A model generated the notes under the pieces. That model saw nothing but the letters and a program-made list of their open reading frames with translations. It ran no database searches and was not told the origin of the DNA. DNA of 64,000 nucleotides from Barthelona sp. PCE (Eukaryota), in the NCBI GenBank assembly GCA_040285745.1, contig JAUFOR010000007.1, positions 1 through 64,000 of the forward strand. The letters run 5' to 3'. Both the position numbers and the translations under genes were made by a program. This document shows positions 21,907 through 32,651 of the stretch, piece by piece. Numbering within the stretch: the stretch's first letter is position 1; the number at the start of each line of letters is the position of its first letter.

Positions 21907-23697
21907 ATGAAGTGGTTCACGTTAGCACCTCCACAGAGCGTATTACGCTCATCTAGGGAAGCATTGAGTTATATTAACTCAGATAATCCGAAACAAATAT
22001 TCCAGGGGCTTCTGGCACTACAATTCATGAACGAAAGTAAGACTAAGGTCTGTTTCTCCATCGGAAAGATGAAGAGCATCCTCACAAACCTTTTTGATCG
22101 TGAAGAAGTTTGTAGCAGTTTCGTTCGATGTGCTGTTTTACATGTAGTTAACAGTTACCACCGTCACTGTGGCCCCAAAGACTATTACAGTCTCCTAAAC
22201 TTTGCTCTTCCACTTGTTGTTGATGCAATGTCTGAGGAGCATCCAACTTTTTTCAAACTAATCTGTCTTACGCTGTCACATTATCCTAAGGCACCGCGTC
22301 ATATCGAAACACTGCTCATGCGCCTCATCAGCCTTACAATCGAAGCTGACATGATAAGCAACACAGTACTCTTGTTAACAACCTACTCTAGATTATTCAA
22401 CAAACATAGTACATTGGTTACAATGGGTCTCCAGTGCTGCGAGCTTGTCGGCCTCAGCGACGAACGTAATCCTCTGTTTCATGTTTTGTCACCACAGTAC
22501 GGATTGGATCTCGATGAACAAATTAAAAGTCAACCTCTTAAAATGTTGAAAATTATTATGGACACACTCAACGTCAGTTATATGCAAAAATTCATCCGCT
22601 CGATAGACCCTATCTCGTATTCTATTCTTCATTTGTTAGCAGGACAGCGCTATGAAAAAAGTTTAAGTTATTTTGTACCTTTTCTTGAGGAACATGCACA
22701 TAGGCTCCTTCCTTTTGCGTCAGATCTTTGCGCAATTTTTGAAAAGATGATGATTTTTACATATCACCATGCCACTGTTATTTGCTTTTATCCTTTTAAC
22801 ACATTGATGCGCAAGTTCACAAGCTTGTTCAGCCCAGAAACCAACAAAAACATTAGTATTTACGAAAACGTGGATTTAAAGAAAATTTTAGACGTCCTCA
22901 TCAGTGTTGATTGTGATTTCGATGAAAATATTCTGCGTCATCTTGCTCTTGAGTCATATTCGAGTGATAAAAAGAGCGCATTACTTGCATCCAAGTATTT
23001 ATTGAGCATGAGACGCAGTGCCTTTTCAGCCATGCTTCACGCTGACATTTACGGAGCTCTTCAACCTCATAGTATGAATAACATTGGTGTCGTACATACT
23101 GTTGCGCCCCACTTTATGAGTGTTGAAAGCCCCTTCATCACAATTGAAGGAACTCCACAACAGCAATTTATGGAGCCTCATGTAGAGAACAATGTTGTGA
23201 TTCCACCAGTCAGTGCATTTCTTGAGCAACCAGCTGAAAACAATGAGGAAATGATGGAAGAAACGTCAACCACTCCTGTCTTAACTTCCGGAACTTCTTC
23301 TTTTACAACGAAGCAGTTTACCATCACCCCACAACCTAGGATCACTTTGGAATGGGAAACAGAACGTGAAAGCAGTAAGATACAGGAAGTTCTCACTGTT
23401 CCTCCGGGCTCATCACCATCAACACCAGAGATGACTGCTTTGGCGTTGAGTAGACATCCTAAAGTAACAAATGCACATCCTCTATCGCAGACAGAGGTTG
23501 AAACGGAGGAAGAACGTGAAATTGAACCGAAGAATGAGGGAATGATTCCCATTGAAAACGAAGTGATGGTGGATGCTGAACCAAGAGATGTGATAACAAC
23601 TCCTGTTACAAAGAAAACAAAGTCTTCAACTTTTGATCTGTCGACTAGTCAAAAAGATTTCTTCGATAGATTCAAGCAAAAGATGAAGAAAGAGTAA
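21907..23697 (+). CDS. Hypothetical protein, alpha-solenoid (ARM/HEAT-like) N-terminal region and disordered acidic tail
   Basis: 596-aa ORF; Leu-rich amphipathic helices for ~380 aa, then E/T/P-rich tail. Confidence 0.7.
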   Translation: MKWFTLAPPQSVLRSSREALSYINSDNPKQIFQGLLALQFMNESKTKVCFSIGKMKSILTNLFDREEVCSSFVRCAVLHVVNSYHRHCGPKDYYSLLNFALPLVVDAMSEEHPTFFKLICLTLSHYPKAPRHIETLLMRLISLTIEADMISNTVLLLTTYSRLFNKHSTLVTMGLQCCELVGLSDERNPLFHVLSPQYGLDLDEQIKSQPLKMLKIIMDTLNVSYMQKFIRSIDPISYSILHLLAGQRYEKSLSYFVPFLEEHAHRLLPFASDLCAIFEKMMIFTYHHATVICFYPFNTLMRKFTSLFSPETNKNISIYENVDLKKILDVLISVDCDFDENILRHLALESYSSDKKSALLASKYLLSMRRSAFSAMLHADIYGALQPHSMNNIGVVHTVAPHFMSVESPFITIEGTPQQQFMEPHVENNVVIPPVSAFLEQPAENNEEMMEETSTTPVLTSGTSSFTTKQFTITPQPRITLEWETERESSKIQEVLTVPPGSSPSTPEMTALALSRHPKVTNAHPLSQTEVETEEEREIEPKNEGMIPIENEVMVDAEPRDVITTPVTKKTKSSTFDLSTSQKDFFDRFKQKMKKE

Positions 23698-23873
23698 ACG
23701 AATTAATGATAAAAATTTCATAACTGGAGTATATCTTTCATATTAAGAATTTTTCTCATAATGTGCTTCTTTGATCAACAACAAATATTGTAAGTAAACA
23801 GTGATGAAAAGTGAAATAAGAAAAGAGGAGTTCAGTTTCGGTTTTTTTATTCAAAACTTAATGATATTCACCT

Positions 23874-24665
23874 TTACTGATGATCCCGGACATCATCTAT
23901 GATCTTACTATGTAATAACATCGTTGTAAGCATGCGCAAAATCAAGAAACTCCAGTACAAATGCAAAATCCACAGAACAATCAATGGAGTACCCCAAATC
24001 CACGGGCCAAGATAGTGCAACTGTTCGATTATGTGGTAGAAGCGATGAACACGAAGATAAAAATAACTTCCAGTCATTAGTGCAAAAAAAAATGCAGCAC
24101 TTCTGTTCCATGATAGGTACTTAAAAAATTTTGCCATGTGCAATAAAACATCAACTGCATCATGTATAAATAGTATATAAGCTCCATAACGTGGGATGGC
24201 ACTTATAGTCATACTTGTTCCTAACAAAAACACTGTGGCGCAATGGTGAATGATGTACTCAATGAAATCCTTGCGCTTCTTCTCAAAAAAGCATGTTACA
24301 AGCATTAGTAAATATCCTGCAGTGCCCATGTGGTAGTAAATTTTGACAGCTGGTTTCACACATTTGTGAGGACTACTATACATCATACCCTGCCAGTAAA
24401 CAGCCCAATTTGTGCCCCAAACGGCATATAAACCAAAGCAAAAAGAACCAAAGTACCAAAATAATAAAAATGTATTGTGGACAAAGTAATCCTGCAGTTT
24501 TTTCTTTTTAAACAACCGTGTACCTATCTTTCTGAGGAAATGGTGTACTAAAAAGTGTCTTATTACAAAGAAAACCGAAAAAAATGCTGCAATATTTAGA
24601 GAATCTTTTGACCCAAAATTATAGAGTCCTGGGATACAACTCTCACCGTGAAACAGTGGATACAT
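23874..24665 (-). CDS. LAG1: Ceramide synthase (LAG1/LAC1, TLC domain)
   Basis: Lag1p motif RKDFIEYIIHH..G..ILFIHDAVDVLLHMAK; multiple TM segments; C-terminal DDVRD. First in-frame ATG used. Confidence 0.88.
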   Translation of the reverse strand: MYPLFHGESCIPGLYNFGSKDSLNIAAFFSVFFVIRHFLVHHFLRKIGTRLFKKKKLQDYFVHNTFLLFWYFGSFCFGLYAVWGTNWAVYWQGMMYSSPHKCVKPAVKIYYHMGTAGYLLMLVTCFFEKKRKDFIEYIIHHCATVFLLGTSMTISAIPRYGAYILFIHDAVDVLLHMAKFFKYLSWNRSAAFFFALMTGSYFYLRVHRFYHIIEQLHYLGPWIWGTPLIVLWILHLYWSFLILRMLTTMLLHSKIIDDVRDHQ

Positions 24666-24969
24666 GCCTTTATAAATTGATAAAGCCAAAAAATTGAAAA
24701 CAAAGTTTTCAGAAACACTTAAAGTTCATAATTCCTGCATAATACGCAAATTTCTAATTTTATAATCTCTTAGACATAAATTCCCACACATACGCGATAA
24801 ATTAACCGTAAAACAACCAAAAACAAACTTTCCCGAGCACATACAAAAAAGCAATGGTGTCAAAAAAAAACATGTACAATAACCCCTCAATCGGCGTAGT
24901 CACGTATCTGCTAATTATATCAAATCAAATTCAATAATCTTGATAAAGGGAAAAAAATTTTTAATATGT

Positions 24970-27900
24970 TTATTCTTCGTCCTCAAGTTCGTCCACTTCT
25001 ATATCAATCTCTTCTACCTCCATGGGCATACCAGTATACCCTATTTTGTGTTTAAACAAATCTAAAAGCTCATTGTAACCTTTCACCATACTCCAATGCA
25101 ACTCAGCACGTAAACTATCACCAAGCACAGAATTGTAGTTGATAAACAGTGCCTGTTTTGATGCATCAAAGAAATTCCTCATTGCTTCACTCAAAATGTC
25201 AATGTGTTCGCGGAAAAATCTGTATCGTTGATTATTGTAAAACAACTCAAAAACTTCCGGCAACCCAGCGTGTACTTGAGGAATGAGCATCCCACTGAGC
25301 AGTCCCTGTCTTGATGTGTATGATTCATTGGGGTCCAACAACTGGCGGCACTTTGGCATCAGCTGCTCTCTTGCAAAAACAACTGGCGGTGTCAACTCTG
25401 TCGACTTGACGGTCAAAACTGGAATCCGACCAACAGCATGCGGAAAGTCAAATACGGTCTTTAATCTAAAGCACTTCATGTACTTCTGGTCAATGCGCTT
25501 CTCCTTCTTCGCCTCCGGTTCCTGGAAGAAGCCAATCTTATATATGAATGTGTTCACTGGTACTTTAACCAGTCTTCCTTTGGCGCCTTGCGGCAACGTA
25601 TGAGGTGATATCTCAGGATATATCTCGAAGCACTGGATGTAACCAATACCCTCTTTCATCTTATCAGGAGAAATGCCTTCAGGGGGTACAATTTTGATTG
25701 TGTAAGGTTCACCATGCACTTCTGTCAACTTTGCACTGTATACGCTCTTTAGATACTCGTTAATGATTACCGAACGCGTGAATGCAGGCATACGGTACAC
25801 AAAAGAGTGACCAACAGTTTCATTATTGGGTTGCTTGAATATGGCATCAAAAACAGTACCACGGAAACACACAAGGAAGAAAGTACCGAATCTTGATCCC
25901 AAACCTCTTTTGTCGGTTCGAATAACAAGAGCGCTTTCCTTGGCAAGCGCTGCATATACACCTGCCCACCTGTCAAAGAGTATAGCAAATAACTGGATCT
26001 CACCACACGAATCGAGGATGAAGCGAACCAAATCACAAATCTGTAAAGCCATCTCAAAGTATTTTGCCTGGTAGAAATATTCACAACTTTCGAGCAATCG
26101 AGTAATGCAGTTTTCTATTGTGAACTCACTTGTCAATAAGTTGGGCACATTCTGAACCTCAACAGATCGCTTGACAGAGCGTCTCCGGCTGAGTTTTGAA
26201 CGACGTGGTTTTGAGCGATTTGATGAAAGCGAAGAAACAGAATCTTTTCTGTGCAGCTTCGGCTCATCACCGTTCACAGTCTGTAACTTGAACATATCAA
26301 AGAATGGCTGCAAAAAGGTGAGCTCAAAGGGTATGTTGAACCCGGTCAGATGATCGGATCCAGTCTTCTGGAGAGTAGACAGAAATACGAGGCCTAGACG
26401 GAGTGCGACATTACCCATCTCAACTGGGAAGAAAACAGCGCTCATGTCGTCATAGTCTTCATCGTACTGGCTCTGTAGTGTACTGTAGTCCTTCTTCTTC
26501 TTGTCCTTTGCGAAAAGTTTACGGTACTTCTTTTTCAGTTTGAGAGAAACCCGGTACTGTTCTACCGCTCGATCTCTCATCTTTTTCAACATGTACTGAA
26601 GCCATGGAGCCTCCAGATGGGGTGTGAGACGAGAGCTTTCTGCGAGACGATGAATAGTCTCGTAATACTCCTCAAAATCACGCTGTGCTGCGTCTTTACG
26701 TTCCAATACGCGAAGATGATGCGACGCGTCAACAATGGTGATTAGATCTTCAATAAATGTCTTGAACTCAAATACCTCATCAGGACGTAGCTTAAGTGAA
26801 CCTGTGTTCTCGACCAACATTCCGAGATTGTCCTTCAGGTGTACAGCGTCGAGATTACTATCAGTTGCAATCTCAGTTATAGTAACCATCGTAATGTAGC
26901 GTGTGTTCATCTGATCCCTCACAAAAAGAATACCGAGCAGACAACCAGCAAACATGGTTAGTGAGGCGCGGCGGGAGTTGAAAGTACGCACGCAGTAATC
27001 AATCAGAACAGATGCGATGGACGCCTCACTATATTGCTCAATATCCATATTCCCTTTGTGCAGCTGCCTTGGTGAGACAAAGAGCAAGGGAGACAATAGC
27101 GTGAACAATGAAGATGAAGTCGAGTCCAGGAACATGCAAAAGAATGTACGTGCCATTTGTGTGGACTTTTCCCTTTCTAACAATTGCCTAATGATCGTAA
27201 ACCATAGATTGAACTCCTTAAGATACTTGGGTGATGGGAGCGGAAACTTACCTGATTGTACGCACTCGTTGTACGCTGTAGCAATGCGTTCCACAACTCT
27301 GGATAGTGTGTAGGGGCTTTCAAGGCGCCCAACCTTGCGCTTCTTAACGAGCAAATTGAGGATCTTGTTGTGTAATACAGTCAGTAACTTTTGCTGGAAC
27401 ATGTGATACAAATACTTTTTCCTCCTTTCTTTCTCCTCGCGCATTGCGTTGGCCTGGTTAAGGACTGCGCTACGGGGAGAAAGAACATCAGAAGATTTGA
27501 GACGCTCTTGAAGGGAGACGGACTTGCCCTGGGTTGGCATCATGAGTGTGCTAGAATGCAACGACCGAACCGCTTCGTTCAGTGATGCCGCCTTACGGTT
27601 GCGATACTGTTCGTCAACAACGTTTGACACAACCTTCATTATCGAAGTTTTGTTGAACAAACGAAGGCCAGTCTCAACAATGGTCATGAATCGAATATTC
27701 TGCAGTGATGCAAGAGTATCAATGAGACGCTTGATGTTTGAGTCTGCTGCGTTGGAACAAATAATTGCAACAGCCATGAATACAAGCTTCTGAAGGTGCG
27801 GGGAAAGTGACTCAAAGCCATCATAACGAATTACAAGCTCCATGACAAACATAAGATAAACATTAAAGATGCGCAAATGTGCAACATCCTCCTGACACAC

Positions 27901-30900
27901 CAAGTCGGTCATGTGATCGACGAAGAACTGCAACAGCTCTGCCGCTTGATCATCATCGTTCCTATCAAGAGGATCAAAGACGGCGCTTATGATACTCGCT
28001 GCCCACGGGTTGTGGTTCACGCAGCGACGCAACATTGCCTCAGTCATCCGCTCGTAACCGGTACTAAGTGCGGGTGTCAGTGTTTGGATGAGTATTCTCC
28101 AGTAGTTTGATGTGGTTGCTATATCACGGATCAGGCGGAAGCGAATCGTACCAGCGCGGTTGCTGTAAAAGGCATACACCTCGTCGCTGACTGCTTGAGT
28201 TTCGGCTGGTTTAACATGATGGTGATCGATCTTGATTGACGGGAAGAAATTTCCAATTGAGCTTTGCCTCCTCTCCATCACGGGCGAAGGTGGTTTCTCA
28301 ACGAACGGTTCGTCTGGTGACATCTCAGCCTTAGGAGTGTCTGGATATGGTTTGGTAACCTCTTTGGGTGCTTCTTGGGCATCAACAAGCTTCTTATACA
28401 CCTGAGCCTCATGTGTCATGAACTTTGCGGTATCAACGGCAGACCATGAAGATAGATGACGATCAAAAGCCTTACTAAATGGAATTATAGGATCAGTGAG
28501 AGTTGTCAATGGGGTTACTAAGTGCTCAAACAGAGGGACACCGCTGGAATTAAGCGATGAAAGTACAAAACTCACATAGCGTGTAGCATCAGCGAAGAAT
28601 GCCTCGACGGGGTCAAATGGCTGATTGAGTGCAAGTAATCTCTCCAAAAAGGCTGACACCCGACCCATTGCAATAACACTCATGAGAAAAGGTGAGTGTT
28701 GAATTGCTGAGTACATTTCAGCCTTATATCCATCAATTACCCTGCGGTAACTTTCAAACGTCACAACGGTTGAGAACGAGGACACTGCAGTTTCCTTGTG
28801 CACAATGTGTAACTTCTCCACTGCCTCAAAAATAAACCATCCAAAACGGAGAACGCGCAAGGATGTGGCTGATAACATAGTGTTGACTTCATTGGCTGCC
28901 AGGTCACCTAAGAGATTCGTGAAACAGGCTAGCAGCGCAATATGGAGAGGCAACACCTTCTTGTCTGAGCGGGAGGCGCTATCGTCCTGCAGGTGATACA
29001 TAAGGAAAGTAAGTAAAAGCTTATTGTCACGTGCTTCCTCGTCTCTTAGCAGCGTTGAAGAAGCGTGAGAGATCTTAGCTAAACATGTGAACAACAAGCC
29101 CATAAGTTGTGTTGAGACGCGGGGTGCTGTATCTTCAGGACGGCGAGTACGACTCTCTGAATACAAATGATACTGCAACTTGCTCAACAAAAGTTTAAGG
29201 ATTGTTGGGGCGAACCTCAGTATTTCCTCGTTTTTGGCCGCAGAAATCATTCCGTCCAATCCTACTCGCCCAACGGCATTTGTATCAACGTTCGTTATTG
29301 TGTTAAAGAACAGGTTCAGTGGCTGATCACGTGTGTAAAGTGAGGAACGTGTTCTTGTACTAACAGAAAACGGTGTTGATGGGGCAACCCGCACTAATGC
29401 CTTTTGAACGGCGTTCGATAAGTAACCCTCAGTCAACTTTTGATAGATGTGTAGCTTGTCGACTGAATCGTCTTTCAAATAATACCCTTTAAACAGTGGC
29501 ATCCAGGCAGCACCGCAAGGTATGAAACGAGATGTATTAGTGTTTTGCTTGCACACAACGTGGAAGAACTCAAAGTGTAAGTGATGTTTAGCTTCCAGTT
29601 TAAGAGGCAGCTCAATTCTGTATTGAAAGTTGAGCTGGGGACGATCACTGTGATAAATGACTGGCGTCAGCACGAAGTCAGTGAGAACTCTTTTGATGGG
29701 GTTGAAAAATGAATGTGGAACAATATCTTCAACCTGGGTAGAATCATTATTACGCAGTGATATCTTCACGACAATATTACGTAGCCTCTTCCTTGGCTTC
29801 AGCTGTTGCAGGTACTGTGACAGGTTGAGTGAGTTCAAACTGAGGTACAGACGATGCATGAACATCAGATAGGGGCTTGGTTTGTTCTCCCAAAAGGCAA
29901 GAGAGGATTTACCGTCATCGAGCGTGGTGGGGATCATATCAAGCGTGTCCATATCAGCCTCAAGATTCATCATAAACGCATCCCTCTCTGAACGAGGCTC
30001 AAAACTTCGTATCATGCCACACAAGGCCTCCGTGGAGTAATCTGAGATGCCCTGCGCCGGGTAAAGACGCACCTGGATCGGTCCTGTGCGCATTGCGTGT
30101 GTGTACAATGGTGTAAAACCGATCAAATAAGGTTGTGTAATTAGTTCATCAGCAGCAACCAAAGCGTCTTCGCCCTCAAGATTTGACATTGCTGAATAAT
30201 TAGCTGTGAACTTATCTTTGATGCGCTGGAACCTTGAAACATTGCGCAAATGACTTATTGAAGGAGGTTTGACAGTGAGCAAACGATGTGCAACAACAAC
30301 CAATTGTAATGCCGGGTTCAGTGTTTCACTCTTAAGAATGAATGAGAGTTCTGTTGTTGGAGAACATTTGTAAAGATCGGAATCTTCTTCAGGAAAAACA
30401 GCGAAAGAAACCATTTCGGATACAATCTTGTGTGTATCAGGTAAAAAAAAGAAGACAAAACCAAAGATTGGCTCTGGGTTTTCAGTCTGGAAAGAAGCAA
30501 ACGAGAGATTGTACTGATAATAATTACCTCTTTGTGAAAGTGGTTGGATGTCTGTCCTTACTGTTTCTGAAACGTGATTGTGTGATGGGTTACCAAATAT
30601 GGCAAAGTCGGTACAGTCTTCACTTGCTTCCAGCTTAGAAATAAGAAAATTACTGTAAGATTGCTGGTTATTTTCTGACAGAATAAGTTCCTCAGAATCT
30701 GACCATTCTCCTTCGCCATGTAATGAATCGTCCGTCATTTCAGGCAATCCCTTGCGCTTGACATCTGATTGTGGTACAACACGGATAATTGGATCTGTTA
30801 AAAATCTAATCGCCTCATCTACGTGGGTATCTACAACATCTGGTGCCCCATCAGGCCCTAAATCATCAGTGGATGCCCTAGTAGGAGTAACAACCTGAGA

Positions 30901-31011
30901 TCTCCTCCGCTCTTCTGAGATTATTGCTAACTGTTGTAACTCTGCGGTTACTCGTTCAGGAATTGAGTTCTGCACCTCGACAATTTCTATCTTGCGGAGG
31001 GCAGGAAGCAT
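24970..31011 (-). CDS. DOCK-family Rho GEF (DOCK-C/D, zizimin-like) with C2 DHR-1 and DHR-2 domains
   Basis: EPIFG..SE N-terminal segment; DHR-1 RNIVVKI..VIYHSDRPQ..IELP..KHHLHFEFFHV; DHR-2 GTFFLVCFRG..FVYR, FPH..GRIPV and LSGMLIPQVHAG nucleotide-sensor Val motif. Confidence 0.88.
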   Translation of the reverse strand: MLPALRKIEIVEVQNSIPERVTAELQQLAIISEERRRSQVVTPTRASTDDLGPDGAPDVVDTHVDEAIRFLTDPIIRVVPQSDVKRKGLPEMTDDSLHGEGEWSDSEELILSENNQQSYSNFLISKLEASEDCTDFAIFGNPSHNHVSETVRTDIQPLSQRGNYYQYNLSFASFQTENPEPIFGFVFFFLPDTHKIVSEMVSFAVFPEEDSDLYKCSPTTELSFILKSETLNPALQLVVVAHRLLTVKPPSISHLRNVSRFQRIKDKFTANYSAMSNLEGEDALVAADELITQPYLIGFTPLYTHAMRTGPIQVRLYPAQGISDYSTEALCGMIRSFEPRSERDAFMMNLEADMDTLDMIPTTLDDGKSSLAFWENKPSPYLMFMHRLYLSLNSLNLSQYLQQLKPRKRLRNIVVKISLRNNDSTQVEDIVPHSFFNPIKRVLTDFVLTPVIYHSDRPQLNFQYRIELPLKLEAKHHLHFEFFHVVCKQNTNTSRFIPCGAAWMPLFKGYYLKDDSVDKLHIYQKLTEGYLSNAVQKALVRVAPSTPFSVSTRTRSSLYTRDQPLNLFFNTITNVDTNAVGRVGLDGMISAAKNEEILRFAPTILKLLLSKLQYHLYSESRTRRPEDTAPRVSTQLMGLLFTCLAKISHASSTLLRDEEARDNKLLLTFLMYHLQDDSASRSDKKVLPLHIALLACFTNLLGDLAANEVNTMLSATSLRVLRFGWFIFEAVEKLHIVHKETAVSSFSTVVTFESYRRVIDGYKAEMYSAIQHSPFLMSVIAMGRVSAFLERLLALNQPFDPVEAFFADATRYVSFVLSSLNSSGVPLFEHLVTPLTTLTDPIIPFSKAFDRHLSSWSAVDTAKFMTHEAQVYKKLVDAQEAPKEVTKPYPDTPKAEMSPDEPFVEKPPSPVMERRQSSIGNFFPSIKIDHHHVKPAETQAVSDEVYAFYSNRAGTIRFRLIRDIATTSNYWRILIQTLTPALSTGYERMTEAMLRRCVNHNPWAASIISAVFDPLDRNDDDQAAELLQFFVDHMTDLVCQEDVAHLRIFNVYLMFVMELVIRYDGFESLSPHLQKLVFMAVAIICSNAADSNIKRLIDTLASLQNIRFMTIVETGLRLFNKTSIMKVVSNVVDEQYRNRKAASLNEAVRSLHSSTLMMPTQGKSVSLQERLKSSDVLSPRSAVLNQANAMREEKERRKKYLYHMFQQKLLTVLHNKILNLLVKKRKVGRLESPYTLSRVVERIATAYNECVQSGKFPLPSPKYLKEFNLWFTIIRQLLEREKSTQMARTFFCMFLDSTSSSLFTLLSPLLFVSPRQLHKGNMDIEQYSEASIASVLIDYCVRTFNSRRASLTMFAGCLLGILFVRDQMNTRYITMVTITEIATDSNLDAVHLKDNLGMLVENTGSLKLRPDEVFEFKTFIEDLITIVDASHHLRVLERKDAAQRDFEEYYETIHRLAESSRLTPHLEAPWLQYMLKKMRDRAVEQYRVSLKLKKKYRKLFAKDKKKKDYSTLQSQYDEDYDDMSAVFFPVEMGNVALRLGLVFLSTLQKTGSDHLTGFNIPFELTFLQPFFDMFKLQTVNGDEPKLHRKDSVSSLSSNRSKPRRSKLSRRRSVKRSVEVQNVPNLLTSEFTIENCITRLLESCEYFYQAKYFEMALQICDLVRFILDSCGEIQLFAILFDRWAGVYAALAKESALVIRTDKRGLGSRFGTFFLVCFRGTVFDAIFKQPNNETVGHSFVYRMPAFTRSVIINEYLKSVYSAKLTEVHGEPYTIKIVPPEGISPDKMKEGIGYIQCFEIYPEISPHTLPQGAKGRLVKVPVNTFIYKIGFFQEPEAKKEKRIDQKYMKCFRLKTVFDFPHAVGRIPVLTVKSTELTPPVVFAREQLMPKCRQLLDPNESYTSRQGLLSGMLIPQVHAGLPEVFELFYNNQRYRFFREHIDILSEAMRNFFDASKQALFINYNSVLGDSLRAELHWSMVKGYNELLDLFKHKIGYTGMPMEVEEIDIEVDELEDEE

Positions 31012-31021
31012 TTAATGTTAT

Positions 31022-31041
31022 GAGGTAAAAAGGAGGTAAAA
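31022..31041 (-). promoter_or_regulatory. Tandem pair of TTTTACCTC motifs upstream of the DOCK start codon
   Basis: gaggtaaaa at 31022-31030 and 31033-31041, 11-30 nt upstream of the ATG at 31011. Confidence 0.45.
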
Positions 31042-31301
31042 TAGATTAACAAATCTTATTCAACCATAAACTCAAATGCAACACGTGGTTCTTGAAAGTT
31101 TTATCCTTCTCAATGCAGGAAATATTCCAAAACATGAAGCAAGAAGATCAAAATTTGTGGGGGGGGGAAATTCAATTGGTTGGTTCAATTCAAACTTTAT
31201 GGGTGTGGCAACAAATTTACAGAGACAGTAGAAGAAAATATCAAAATAAGAACCGTGATGCAAAACACTGAAAATCAAATTTTGTATAACTAAATGATTA
31301 T

Positions 31302-31868
31302 CTACCGTCTGAATGGATTGTGTGGATTGTGTGGGTGGTGGTGGCTATGAATTGGATTATGCATGTTACGATTCATCTGTGCGTGGTGATTATTCATTCT
31401 GTTAATCTGTGCGTGGTGATTTCGCATTGCAATGTTGTGTGCACTATTCATGTTGTGGGGGTTTGCATGATGATGGGGATTCCTGATGCTGTTTGGGTTT
31501 GCTGGATTGTTGGGATCAGTCATGGGATTATACGGTTTAGAAGAAGAGGATGATCCTGTACTAATTTTAATGGAAGGATTTGACGAAAGAGGAGGCTGTG
31601 TGGCTGCGTCCGAGTTTGGGTCGTATGTTTCAGGGTTGGAAGGTGCTGAAAAATTAGTCGCATTTGCCCTGCTTGTTGCAGCTCTGATACTGTTCATTGT
31701 GGAAGTGACAATTGAATCAGCCATGAGATTTGCATTTAGACTTGTATTTGGGTGAGCGAAGCTTTGCATAGTGAAGGCCATTGACTTGCGAATCATAAAA
31801 AACACAAAGAAAAACACCAAAAAGATGAATCCAAACGTCATCAACGTTATCTGCATGCCCAAATCCAT
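31302..31868 (-). CDS. Small single-pass membrane protein with Asn/His/Pro-rich low-complexity tail
   Basis: TM ITLMTFGFIFLVFFFVFFMI followed by RK; tail with NPNNPANPNS and HHAQxNR repeats. Confidence 0.7.
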   Translation of the reverse strand: MDLGMQITLMTFGFIFLVFFFVFFMIRKSMAFTMQSFAHPNTSLNANLMADSIVTSTMNSIRAATSRANATNFSAPSNPETYDPNSDAATQPPLSSNPSIKISTGSSSSSKPYNPMTDPNNPANPNSIRNPHHHANPHNMNSAHNIAMRNHHAQINRMNNHHAQMNRNMHNPIHSHHHPHNPHNPFRR

Positions 31869-31955
31869 TTTAAAAAAGGAGGAAAAGAAAGAAAAAGACA
31901 ATTCAATTGCTTCCTAAATTTTCTTTCCTTCCAACAAAGGGCATCTTAACGGTTC

Positions 31956-32651
31956 ATGACAAATATACCACATGAGCTCGATGAAGAGCTGTTCACAGAA
32001 AATTTAAGTACGCTAGTGAATTCTCGTAACAGTAGCGTCTTAAGAATTAAAAAAGCAAGGGAGGAGCAGGCATCAAGTATGAGTTATCGGACAAACATAT
32101 ATACAATGGGCAAAATTGTAATTAATCATCCCAAATTTTCGGATGCCATTGTTTCAAGCGGATCAACATTATCTGTCAATCACAAAACCCACTCTCTTCA
32201 CGGGAAACAGCTGTTTCTATCTACACTAGCAATGCTATCGTGTAAGACAAAGTGCCGGATATGCATTATTGATGTCTTGGGTTCTCTTTTACTTTCACAG
32301 CTTGATTTCGTCACAAACAGTGTGGAAAACACCGATTGCATTCATTTATTAAGAATAGAAACCCTTGCCGAACTGATGAGTGTTCAAGAACGGATATTAC
32401 CAGTTTATGACTATATCTTTACCATCAACCTTTCCGCTCTTAACAACACATTCAGTTCAAATTACTCACCCAACACATTTTATTCGTTCCTAATTGAGTA
32501 CGCGACATATAGCAATACTACACTTTATTTCTTTGACAAACAATCATATCCTTGCGACATCACTGCACACATAACAACAGTTCATGGGCGAGAGTACTTT
32601 CGCACTATTGCGATGGATGAGCCATCGTATTTTTTTCCTCTTTCTCGATGA
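31956..32651 (+). CDS. Highly divergent RAD51-paralog-like (RAD51D/XRCC2-type) RecA-fold protein
   Basis: Order of elements fits RecA-fold paralogs: SGSTLSV..SLHGKQLF (Walker A-like), RICIIDVLGSL..SQL, DCIHLLRIETLAEL, YIFTINLSAL (Walker B position lacking Asp). Confidence 0.45.
   Translation: MTNIPHELDEELFTENLSTLVNSRNSSVLRIKKAREEQASSMSYRTNIYTMGKIVINHPKFSDAIVSSGSTLSVNHKTHSLHGKQLFLSTLAMLSCKTKCRICIIDVLGSLLLSQLDFVTNSVENTDCIHLLRIETLAELMSVQERILPVYDYIFTINLSALNNTFSSNYSPNTFYSFLIEYATYSNTTLYFFDKQSYPCDITAHITTVHGREYFRTIAMDEPSYFFPLSR

Noticed and set aside
24690-24880. GTATGT..GCAG on the minus strand as a possible 5' intron of ceramide synthase
   Set aside because: No upstream exon giving a convincing in-frame extension, and the gene is plausible from the ATG at 24665.
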